64,000 bases of DNA from Eledone cirrhosa (taxonomy: Eukaryota), in the NCBI GenBank assembly GCA_964016885.1, contig OZ024742.1, positions 83,762,001 to 83,826,000 on the forward strand. Reading direction: 5' to 3'. Below the pieces are notes generated by a model. The model was given only the letters and a program-made list of their open reading frames with translations, had not been told where the DNA came from and did not search any database. Below are positions 1 through 10,297 of the stretch, one piece after another; position 1 is the stretch's first letter; the number at the start of each line of letters is the position of its first letter. Made by a program: the position numbers and the translations under genes.

Positions 1-290
1 AGGTCTTGCTGGAAGGAATTGCTCCTATTCCGAAATTTGATACTCCGAATGAGTTCCAAGACATCATTTTCGAAGGGTAGCAATGCTGGGTTCCACGGAG
101 GGTTATTATAGGTTTTAAATCCAAATTTGTCCTGCTTGTTGTCTGCTTTTCGTGGATTATCGAAATAAAAGGCACGCCAACGCAACCTTTTAATGAACGC
201 GTCTGTTTTCTGTATCAGGAGTTTTAGGTATGTTTTCCTGCTTGGTACGGGTATGTTCTTTGTAGAAATATTCAGATGTTGTTTCTGCAT
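1..290 (-). mobile_element. Penelope-like element (PLE) ORF, N-terminal part; runs off the window's left edge
   Basis: Manual minus-strand translation from the ATG at 290 is stop-free: MQKQHLNISTKNIPVPSRKTYLKLLIQKTDAFIKRLRWRAFYFDN...KFGFKTYNNPPWNPALLPFENDVLELIRSIKFRNRSNSFQQDL. This matches the KNIP.P...F.KR.RW.A.F...GFK...PP...FE.D pattern found upstream of PLE reverse transcriptases. Not in the ORF track because it has no stop in the window. Confidence 0.8.
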
Positions 291-321
291 GATGAATATA
301 AGTCAGTAGAGTGCTCAACCG

Positions 322-372
322 AGTTTCAGAAGATCCCGTTAAGGGTGAAAGCAGCGATTCTTTGCTTAAACT
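322..372 (+). ncRNA. Type I hammerhead ribozyme-like motif, core variant CAGAAGA
   Basis: Stem I AGTTT/AAACT; core CAGAAGA; stem II T-CCC-gttaa-GGG-T; GAAA; stem III AGCA...TGCT; triplet CUU. Near-identical copy at 29965. Lies 32 bp upstream of, and antisense to, the PLE ATG. Confidence 0.6.
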
Positions 373-419
373 TTAATCTGTTATTTTAATAAATATATAT
401 ATAAATATATATATATATA

Positions 420-639
420 AACTCAGAGCTGTATGGGAGCATCCCAAAAGTCAGCTCAAAAGTGACACAGAGACTGAGGTTAGCTGGACATGCTCACCGA
501 CATCCAGAGTTGACATTGCACTCAGTGCTCCTTTGGGAACCCCTACATGGACACACTAGAAGAGGAAGACCAAGGTTAACGTATGTTGATGCCCTAAGGA
601 CAGACACTGGTCTGTTGGATACGCAGGACATGGCAGGAC

Positions 640-641
<2 letters not shown>
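420..641 (+). mobile_element. RTE/RTEX-clade LINE 3' fragment
   Basis: Translation RLRLAGHAHRHPEL...VLLWEPLHGHTRRGRPRLTYVDALRTDTG fits the RTE-clade C-terminal motif. Flanked by TA repeats. Confidence 0.75.
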
Positions 642-695
<54 letters not shown>

Positions 696-700
<5 letters not shown>

Positions 701-893
701 AACAAGTAAGACCCCGACGGCTGAGCTCAAGCCGTTTCGACGGCTAATTCTGCGTCCAGAATTAGCCGTCTAAACGGCTTGAGCTCAGCCGTCGGGGTCT
801 TATTTGTTCCTATTACCCACTCTACTACCCTAAGTATTGAGTACTTTGGTGCGTTATGGTCTACCTGGTTCCTTACCACATTTCCTTCGTTAT
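696..893 (+). mobile_element. Fold-back (palindromic) short element carrying the 3' half of a hammerhead; family also at 3163 and 51124
   Basis: Near-perfect palindrome at 696-813 followed by a unique tail (TTACCCACTCTACTACC...CCACATTTCCTTCGTT) shared with 3203-3281 and 51249-51328. Arm reads stem II 3' strand, C-GAAA, stem III ACGGCT/AGCCGT, then GTC^GGGGTC. Confidence 0.7.
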
Positions 894-897
894 ATAC

Positions 898-949
<52 letters not shown>

Positions 950-987
950 TATATATATATGTATATATATATATATATGTGTATATA

Positions 988-1078
<91 letters not shown>

Positions 1079-1129
1079 GTATATATATATATATGTATAT
1101 ATATATATAAATGTATATATATATATATA

Positions 1130-1176
<47 letters not shown>

Positions 1177-1233
1177 GTGTGTATATATATATATGTGTAT
1201 ATATATATATGTGTGTATATATATATATATATG

Positions 1234-1291
<58 letters not shown>

Positions 1292-1325
1292 TGTGTATAT
1301 ATATATGTATATATATATGTGTGTG

Positions 1326-1357
<32 letters not shown>

Positions 1358-1379
1358 TATGTGTATATATATATAATTG

Positions 1380-1404
<25 letters not shown>
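891..1404. repeat. (TA)n / (TATG)-interrupted microsatellite
   Basis: About 510 bp of TA dinucleotide. Source of the spurious YIYI ORFs. Confidence 0.97.
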
Positions 1405-1410
<6 letters not shown>

Positions 1411-1465
1411 GTGAGGGTTTTTTTACAAAAGGAAAAATAACCGAGGTGTCCTACACGAGTGAAAG

Positions 1466-1765
1466 TATAAAGAAAAAGAGATGAAATCGAAAATGCAACT
1501 GGAGTCTTATTTTTTTTTTAAATATATATATTTATTTGGTTCCTTTACTGGTTTCGCAGTTCTTCTGCTTTTCAAAAGGTGAGTTGAGATGGAGGGTCTG
1601 TGGTTTTTCTCACATCTGTGAGAAAAACCACAGACCCTCCATCTCAACTCACCTTTTGAAAAGCAGAAGAACTGCGAAACCTGTAAAGGAACCAAATAAA
1701 TATATATATTTTTTAAAAAAATAAGACTCCAGTTGCATTTTAGATTTCATCTCTTTTTCTTTATA
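1466..1765. repeat. ~300-bp near-perfect palindrome, each arm carrying a hammerhead motif
   Basis: Arms 1466-~1612 and ~1617-1765 are reverse complements centred on CTCACATCTGTGAG. The mirror-image 62-aa ORFs in the track reflect this symmetry. Confidence 0.9.
1652..1689 (+). ncRNA. Minimal type I hammerhead with U3-A8 core (UUGAAAA); mirror copy at 1542-1579 (-)
   Basis: Stem I CCTT/AAGG; core TTGAAAA; stem II GCAG-aagaa-CTGC; GAAA; minimal stem III AC-ct-GT; triplet GUA. Confidence 0.65.
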
Positions 1766-1814
1766 TATATATATATATAGTTAAAAGAATAGAGGTGTAA
1801 CACACAAGTTATTA

Positions 1815-2297
1815 TATATTGGTAAACGGAATAGAAAATGCTGACAAATTGTTCACAGTTGAAAAATGGTTTAATTAGGAATAAAAGAGTATTAGTGATT
1901 GTATGGGTTAGTATTCAGTTGTGGTTTTAAGTTTTTAAGTTTTTACCGGTTGCGCATTTCTAAATGCTTTTCAAAAATAATTTTGAGATAGAGTGTCCGT
2001 GCTGTTTGCTCTGATCTGATTAGTTTTGGGAATTCTACCTGTTTTTATGTTTAAAAAGTGGCTTCAGCGTTATTTTTGTGTTGCAAAAATGCTTGTGGTC
2101 AAAACAATTTTGATTGGTCGGTAGAGGTCATGTGAATGTAAAAAGTTGATTTTGCGCCAAGACTGTTTTTATGTTAAAAAAGTGGCTCCAGCAAAAATTC
2201 TTGGTCAAAACAATTTTGATTGGTCGGTAGAGGTCATGTGGATAAAAAATTGGTTTTGCGCCAACATTGAGAAATGACTCTTTCACAACAAATATGT

Positions 2298-2377
<80 letters not shown>

Positions 2378-2494
2378 TAGTAGTAGTAGTAAGGTGTTCG
2401 ATGCTGCGACAATGGCCAGCAGCAATGTGTGTCAAATGGCTATTAAGATAAGTGTGTGTGTGTGTGCGCGTGTGTGTGCGTGTGTGTGTGTGTG

Positions 2495-2582
<88 letters not shown>

Positions 2583-2755
2583 AGCAGAGTAATTCGATGG
2601 TCAGTAAGAATGTGTCTGAAAGCAATGGGGGTTATTTTAGCATGTCAAAAGATATTTTTCAGCTTTTGTCTTATACGGAGAAGTGCGTGTGTGTGTGTGT
2701 GTGTGTGTGTATAAGTCTCTTTGTATGTTGATGTACGCGTGTGTATGTGTTTGTG

Positions 2756-2794
<39 letters not shown>

Positions 2795-3082
2795 ACCAGT
2801 ATTATTTTCCCCCTGGTAAAATGGTGTACATTATTCGATTTTTTCAGTAAAATCGGTTCTCTTAATAGAACATCAAAAATCTTAACAATAAAAGGTGTGA
2901 AATGATATTCACTATATATATATACACATACATATATTCACTACATATATATATATATATACACACATACATACATACATAACTGAATACTAACCCATAC
3001 AATCACTAATACTCTTTTGATTCCTAATTAAACCATTTTTCAACTGTGAACAATTTGTCAGCATTTTCTATTCCGTTTACCA

Positions 3083-3087
<5 letters not shown>
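1815..3087. repeat. Dispersed inverted repeat pair (~105 bp; 1815-1921 vs 2981-3087) enclosing a ~120-bp tandem duplication (2039-2265) and (GT)n tracts
   Basis: TATATTGGTAAACGGAATAGAAAATGCTG...GTATTCAGTT at 1815 is the reverse complement of AACTGAATAC...TTTACCAATATA at 2981. Confidence 0.75.
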
Positions 3088-3115
<28 letters not shown>

Positions 3116-3162
3116 TGTATATATATGTATATATATATATTTATAAATATATATATATAAAT

Positions 3163-3283
3163 ATAGGAACCAGTAAAACCCCGGGGTTTTACTGGTTCCT
3201 ATTACCCACTCTACTACCTCAAGTATTGAGTACTTTGGTGCGTTATGGTCCACCTGATTCCTTACCACATTTCCTTCGTTATA
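3163..3283 (+). mobile_element. Short copy of the 696 family with a collapsed 40-bp palindrome
   Basis: ATAGGAACCAGTAAAACCCC|GGGGTTTTACTGGTTCCTAT, then the same tail as 814-893. Inside (TA)n. Confidence 0.75.
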
Positions 3284-3292
3284 TATAAATAT

Positions 3293-3327
<35 letters not shown>

Positions 3328-3330
3328 AAT

Positions 3331-3432
<102 letters not shown>

Positions 3433-3548
3433 TTATTAGTTAAGCAAAGACAAGACCACAAATTTCACAAGGAAGACGTTATTTAAAAAAAGTAACATAG
3501 TTTCAGTATATGTGAGGAATAAGGAGTGTAATTATAATTTAATGTAAG

Positions 3549-3610
<62 letters not shown>

Positions 3611-3611
<1 letters not shown>

Positions 3612-4342
3612 GGAATGCTAATGGCTGCGCAGGAGCAGGCCCTCAAAACGAAGTGGTTGAAGCACCATATCTACAAGGAGGAGGCTAGCCCACTGTGCAG
3701 GATCTGTGGAGAGAGAGAGGAGACTGTGGCTCACATTGTGTCCGAGTGTAAACACCTAGCCCAGACCCACTATAAGGGCTGGAGACACGATGTGATGGGC
3801 AGGGTGATCCACTGGCACCTGTGCAAAGTAAACAATCTACCACATTCTGAGAAATGGTATGAGCATAGGCCAGAGGCGGTGATGGAGAACAGTCAGGTGA
3901 AGGTGCTGTGGGATTTTAGGATACAGACGGACAAAAAACTGGAACACAATAGACCTGACCTGGTGGTTGTGGACAAAGAAAAAAGATCGTGCCTGATTGT
4001 GGATGTGGCCTGCCCGTTCGACACGAGAGTGCAAGAGAAGGAGAGGGAGAAAATTAACCGATACCAGGACCTAAAGAGGGAGGTGAAAAGGATTTGGAAC
4101 TGCCATGAAGTCAAAGTGATTCCGATTGTCATAGGCGCACTGGGGACTATCTCCAAAGGTTTCCAGGGATGGTTAAAGAAAATCGGCCCCTTCACGCTTT
4201 TTGGAACGCTTCAAAAGGCATGCTTGCTTGGAACGGCAAGAACCCTCCGATACGTCCTGAATATCTGAGGCTGCAGGTAGTGGCTTGATATTCAATCCAA
4301 CGGACTTTCCAGTTAACCAACATCAATGACTGAGATTCAAGG
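3611..4342 (+). mobile_element. R4/Dong-clade non-LTR retrotransposon, 5'-truncated (CCHC finger + restriction-like endonuclease)
   Basis: ORF 3615-4268: CRICGEREETVAHIVSEC, RHD, RPDLVVVDK...IVDVACP...EKINRY (PD-(D/E)xK RLE). Flanked on both sides by (TAA)n. Confidence 0.9.
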
Positions 4343-4372
4343 AATAACAATAACAATAATAATAATAATAAT

Positions 4373-7300
4373 GTTTTCTTTATTAACCACAAGGGTTCAC
4401 ATAAAGTAGACATTAAGGACAGTACAGGACAATACAGGACGGTACAAATGGGCATTTCTGCGTGTAAAAAAAACAGAGGTTGAAATAAAATAACAAAGAA
4501 AAATTCCCCAATAGGGGGGAGACTTCCAAGGGACATTTGTGGAGAAAGCCCATTAAAAGACCACAGTGGCCCTGACCACCAGGGCAAGTGCCCTCTCCCA
4601 GTTTTCCACCTTTAATTTACAGACACATACTCAGAGAAGGCCCATTCATTCGGGCCATACTTGCTTCTCTCACCCATCTTTCAACAAAATGCTGGGAAGA
4701 GAGCACTTCCCTCTCTACCCTGATTTTCCTTTTCAAATGAAATTTGAAAAAGTTAATCAGGGCATCACCGAAGAGGTAAGTGCTCGTCTTCAGCCCTTTC
4801 AAACGTGTCCACCATACTATCTCTTTCGCCATGGCCACCAGACAGATAAAAACTGCCTGCCCTTCCAGGCTAAAGGAAGGGGGCGGGGCAATCCTCACGA
4901 TGGACTCAGCTGATAGCTGGATCCGTCCTACACGTGACAGCAGGTGTTCGACATAAACCCACAAGTCAGCAATGCTCGGACACTGGACGAGTGCGTGCAG
5001 GACGGTTTCGTCGCCCTGCGCGCATCTCGGACATGCCCGGCTGACGGCACCTCCATGCCTGTAGAGTTTATCCCGAACTGGCAAAGCTCCTCGGTAGCAC
5101 TGCCAGGCCAGGGATTTCTGGAAGTTGTCCATAGGCCCCGGCCCGAAAGTCCTTCCGAAGAGATTGGCTAGTTGATTTCCGTCGACGCCTAGAGTTTCTC
5201 CAAGTACGTCGTCGCTCTTCCCCTCCACTAATCCCCTATAGAACGCCAAGGTGGAGTTTCCACCGATCACATTGCCCGATTGGTCGAGGGCTGTGAGCGC
5301 CTGAAGACATTCCAGTCTCCAAGCGCTCCCTCTCGGTCTTCGCTTGACCCAGGACTGCAGCTCCGTCAAGGAGACGAGCTGGGGAAAAACGTGTCTTGCA
5401 AACGTTGACCACACCTGATCACCGTCGAGGAAGAGGTGGAGATGTCGTAGCCTGAGCGCGTGTCTGCGCATCATCAGCCACGGCATGCCCAGCCCTCCAC
5501 GTAGCGGGTGTTGACAGCAGATGGACCGCCTGACCATCGGAGCGCGTCCCTTCCACAAGAAGCGAAAGAGCAAACGCTCCAGCGCAGTCAGGCGGGGCTT
5601 AGGACAAGGTACGACGGTCAGGCGGTAGTAGATGACGGATGCGATGTACGCATTCGCCACCTCCGCTCGACCTTTCAGGGATAGCTTCCTCTCGGCCCAT
5701 TTCTGGGTGAGAGAAGCCACCCTGCTCGTCACCTCGTCCCAGTTTTTGTCCGTCTGGAGGTCTGGACCGAACCAGACCCCTAGCAATTTAACCGGTCCGT
5801 CCGTCCAGCGCCCGACGACGCTGTTGGACGGCATGGACCTTCCTCTCCAGGTGCCGAGCTGCAGGCCCACTGACTTTTCCTGGTTGATCATTGCTCCTGT
5901 CACCGCTTCGTATTCTCTTAGTGTAGTGCCGATCGCCTCGATGTGTTTGGCGTTCGACACCACTACGGTGACATCGTCGGCATATGCTGACACGGATCTT
6001 CCGCATCCTAGTTCGCGCGGGACCCCCCTCAACGTCTCCAGTTTGTGCAGTCAATACGTACAATAGGGACGAGAGGGGACATCCTTGGCGGACCGAGCGC
6101 ATGATGTTGAACGGTTCCGAAAGGTGACCGTTCACTCTCACTACAGAGTAGATGTCGCTGTGCATGGCAGCGATCCAGCCTCTGAAGACGGGCCCAAAGC
6201 CAGCCGCCCTCAGGACTGTCGCTAGGTAACGATGGTCGACCCTATCGAAGGCTTTCGACTGATCTAAACTGATCAAAGACCCACCCGTGCCAGGTTCCCT
6301 AGCTACCCTCTCTACGATGTATCGCATGAGGTGGAGGTTGTCGTGAATGGATCTGTCGGGAATGGCGCATGTCTGTGCCTCTCCCACCAGACCACCAACG
6401 ACAAGCGCCAACCTCTTTGCTAGCACCTTGGCCAAAATCTTGAACTCTGTGTTTAGCAGAGTTATGGGCCTAAAATTATCTATGTTATCCCCCTTGTTCG
6501 GATCCTTTCTCAGCAGCGCCACCGCTCCTCGGCTCACAGAGCTGGGAATTCTCCCGTTCTGTTGCCAGTTGCAGTAGACGTCCGCCAAGAGGCCTCCGAA
6601 CAAGTTTGGCATTTGTACGTAAAGTTCATAGGGCAGACCATCTAAACCAGGCGATTTACCCCTTGTGCAACTAGTCATTGCATCCCGTACTTCAGCGGTT
6701 GTTATCGGCTTTTCGCAACACTCCGCCTCAGTGGCCGAAAGCTGCGGCAGTCCGTCGAGGTAGACACTAAAGTCCATCCCTCGATCCGGCCCGCCACTGC
6801 CCCCGAACAGTTGAGCGAAGTGTCGCTGAAAAGCTTCACACATTTGCCCGGGATCGAGTAGCATGCGCCCGTCGTGGTCCACCAAAGACCGGATCGTGGC
6901 TTTGTTGCCACGATGCGCCTCCGCCACACGGGCCCATTGAACGGCTTTCGTCCCCTCGTGTCTGAGAGCACGCACCCTAGCTCTGACAACGCAGCCTTCG
7001 TGCTTTGCATTGAAGAATTGGTCAAGGGCCAATTTCGCCGCAAGCTCGTCGGTCGCGATGCCTTTGCTAAGCGCCTCGTCTAATTTTCTAACTAATTCTC
7101 CCTCTGCTCTATTTTTCTCTATTGCTAAAGCCTTACTAAACCTAATGGACTCTATTCTAATTGCTCTTTTCAGAGCAAACCACCACTTGTTGTTGACGAT
7201 AGGCCCCCGTCAACGCCTGCTTAACTAGTTCGCTTATCCGGTCTCTGTAGGCCTTGCGCGCTGGTAAGGACGCGTTTAGCTTCCAGTAGCCGGGTCCTCC

Positions 7301-10222
7301 TCTATGAAGCCTATCTAAGTCAAGTACACAGATCACGAATTTGTGGTCCGTGTAGCTGACTATCTTGAATTGTGGACAGCCTATGCTAGACCTATATATT
7401 TCCCTACAAAATACTCTATCTAGATATGATCTGGATGACCCTATGCGATTTGTCCAAGTCCACATTGGCACATTCGGGAAATCCAATCCATACCTGTCAG
7501 ACAGTTCAAAACGCCTAAGCAGGTTGGTGAGGCTCTTGCACCCTCCTCCCCTATCCGCTAATCCCACACAGTCCCAGCGTGCATCTAAGATCCCGTTCCA
7601 GTCGCCCACTAACACTAAAGAGCGGGACGTTCCAAGAAAGGTCTCCAGAGGCCGGAAGAAATCAGGCCGCCTTGCTCCTGTCGGGGCATAGACAGCCACT
7701 AGTCTGAAAGCTTGCCCGTCTCCGCTGGTCACGTCTAGCACCACCAACTTACCTTCTGGGTCCAGGAAGATGGCCCGTATGGCGAGATCCAAACTTCTCC
7801 GAAAAAGCACAGCAACTCCTCCCCCCGATCCAGGACGGCTGGGAGATGCGTACACATCGTAGCCGCCGAAGATCGGTGCGAAGGCCCCTGCTTCGGAGAT
7901 TCTGGTCTCGCTGATGGCCACTACATCTATGTTTAGTGACCTGAGGTCGTTGAGCAGGTGGCCCTGCTTCCATGACGACCCCAAACCACGCGCATTTATG
8001 CTGCCTATTTTGAGTGAGGTCATGTTGAAATGGACTGGAAAAGATGGGAAAGACCACTTACCTTACTTCTCGTAGAGGAAGGATGGTTTGTCCATCCTTT
8101 TCACTGCTTGTGGCCTCCTCCGGAAGAATGTCCTTATAAATCCTCCTGGAGTGTGTTTGTCGGAAGTCTCCGATGTCTTTGGGGAATTTTTGTTTTAGTG
8201 TCGTGTACGTTTTCTGTGTGATGCAAGTGATTTGTATGTGTGGAGGTGGTGTGAACTTTTGGGTTGTTGTGTAGTCTTTTTCTGTGATGCTGGTGTTGTG
8301 TTGCATGTAGTGTAATAATTGGTTGTTCAAATTTAATGCTGTGTAGTGTGTATCGTTTTGGTTGTTTTGTTTTGTTTGCGTTTGTTGTGGGTTTGTTTCT
8401 GTTACGCTTTTTGGTGACTTTCGTGGTGTTGGTGATGGTGGTGTTGGGGTTAATGATGGTGATGGTGTTGGTGTTTGTGGTGATGGGGTTGGTGATGCTG
8501 GTGTGGATGGTGGCATATCTGTCTTAACTTTCTTGTTCGATAATTTATTTGTTTCCCTCTGTATTTTGTTTTTTTGAGGGGGAAGGAAGAGAATTTTATC
8601 TTTTTTGGTTTCTTTTTTTTTTCTTTTTTCCTGATACCGTTTCCCACTCCTCGTCGTCACAATCTGTCTCCAGTTTCGATAAGCCGGGGAGTGGAAAATC
8701 CCCCACCGGCGTTGGTTTTGGTTGTGGCGTGGTGGATGGTGTAAGCGCTGGTGCTAGTTCTGGGGCGTTGGGTGGTGGTGGTGTTGGTTTTGCTACTGTT
8801 GCTGGGGTTGTTGCTGTTACAGTTGCTTCTGTTGTTGGTGCTACAGTTGTTGCTGCTATTTCTGCTGCTGGTGGTGTTGATGGTTGAGTCACTGGGGTGG
8901 GTAAGAGAGGTGGCCTCAACCTTTTAGCCCGAGGGCAGAAAGCCCTTAGGTGGGTTCCTTCACCACAAACGACACACCTAGGTCTTCTGCCCTTGACGAT
9001 TACGGTGAGGTGGCTGCCGTCAGTGAGGTCTATTACCTCTGGGATCTCTTCAATGCTTTTATGGTCCGCTTGGATCAGGAGCTCCATCCCAGATCCGGAC
9101 CAGTTCTCCTGCTTTTCTTTTGCTATTTCTATTATTTTGGTGTTGGCCTCGATGCCGGCGAGGACGGCAGCCATTAGCCAGGGAATTTCGATGGCCGGTG
9201 GAACGTGGGTCCCCCTGATCTTCACAAGTCTCTGGCCACAATAGCTTGGGATGAGTGTGAAGTCGTCACTTCTTAATGGGGACATGGAGTGTTCTCTGGC
9301 CTCCTGTGGTGTTTCAAAGAACACGTCCACGGTTCCATACTTTTTCCCACGTCTGATGTGGGGTTTTTTTGCCCACACATGTCCTAAAGCTTTTTGGATT
9401 TGGGACTCAGATGCCCGTTCCACTCGGCGCGATTTTATGTTTATTGTCCGATAAGACACGGTGCATAGGCGACGTTGCTCCATTTTATTAGGTGGGGGGT
9501 GAGGCTGACCCTGTACCCATCTTTCTTTGCCATTCCTTTGGCTTCGTCTAATTCTTCTTGTGTTACCTGAATCGCTTCGCACGTTTTTGCTACTCTGGCA
9601 AAACTCAGGGTAGTTTTCTTAATTTCATTGTTGCTGTTATTATCGTTATTTTTGCTATTGTTAATTTTAGTTTCAGTTGTGGTGGTGGTGGCGTCAGTGG
9701 TGTTAGGTGTGGAATAGTTCATTTTGGTTGAATTCATTTCGATATCATGAGTTAATTTTTTTTTTTTTTCTTTTGTTTCTGTTGTCGCTGTGGTGGTGGT
9801 GGGGGTGGGGGTTGTCGCGGTGGTGGTGGTGGTGATGGTGGTGGCGGCTTTAACACCTGCAGTCATTGATAATGGCGGGAAATGAACGTCTGCCTGAGAC
9901 AAATTTAAAATATTGCTACTGCTTACAATTCCAGTGTTGGCAAACGTAGCAATGTTTACAATGGTGGTGTCGGTGTGAGGTGTTGGATTGTGAGGAAGGA
10001 GTGAATCTGAGTCATCCATTATTTTTCAAAGAAAAACTTTTTGTTTGATAATTATAAAAAGTCTAAATTTTGGGCTCAAGGCCCCAATATTTTTGAGTGT
10101 CCTTTTCAGAAATCAATGTATGTGCACTTATATATAGTTGACAATAAAATTTTTCCATAAATGGCTGAAAATAACAAACCTTTGCGGAGCTCACGATGAT
10201 ACGATTTACTACGTAGGTCGCC
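4373..10222 (-). mobile_element. Tx1/L1-clade LINE, apparently full length (~5.85 kb), frameshifted
   Basis: ORF1 pieces 10019-9441, 9582-8596 (zinc knuckle CVVCGEGTHLRAFC) and 8660-8058. ORF2 has APE (SINARGL, GDWNG, SYLDR, TDHK) at 8023-7157, RT (KSPGLDGLP, FRPITLLN, DQSKAFDRV, VRQGCPLS, YADD) at 7032-5788/6032, and a C-terminal CPRC...HALVQC finger. AATAAA sits just before the 3' end. Both ends abut (AAT)n. Confidence 0.92.
4617..8023 (-). pseudogene. Tx1-like ORF2 (APE-RT-zinc finger), broken by frameshifts near 7200, 7040 and 6050
   Basis: Three consecutive minus-strand ORFs (288, 414 and 471 aa) supply successive ORF2 domains. Confidence 0.88.
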
Positions 10223-10272
<50 letters not shown>

Positions 10273-10297
10273 TAATAATAATAATAATAATAATAAT

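Noticed and set aside
779-1414. Many ORFs of [12 protein letters not shown], poly-K/R/L or MYVC type here and throughout the window
   Set aside because: Translations of stop-free microsatellites; no coding evidence.
4566-4913. Plus-strand ORFs overlapping the Tx1 element (and minus-strand ORFs over Dong/CR1)
   Set aside because: Antisense shadows of GC-richer retrotransposon coding sequence.
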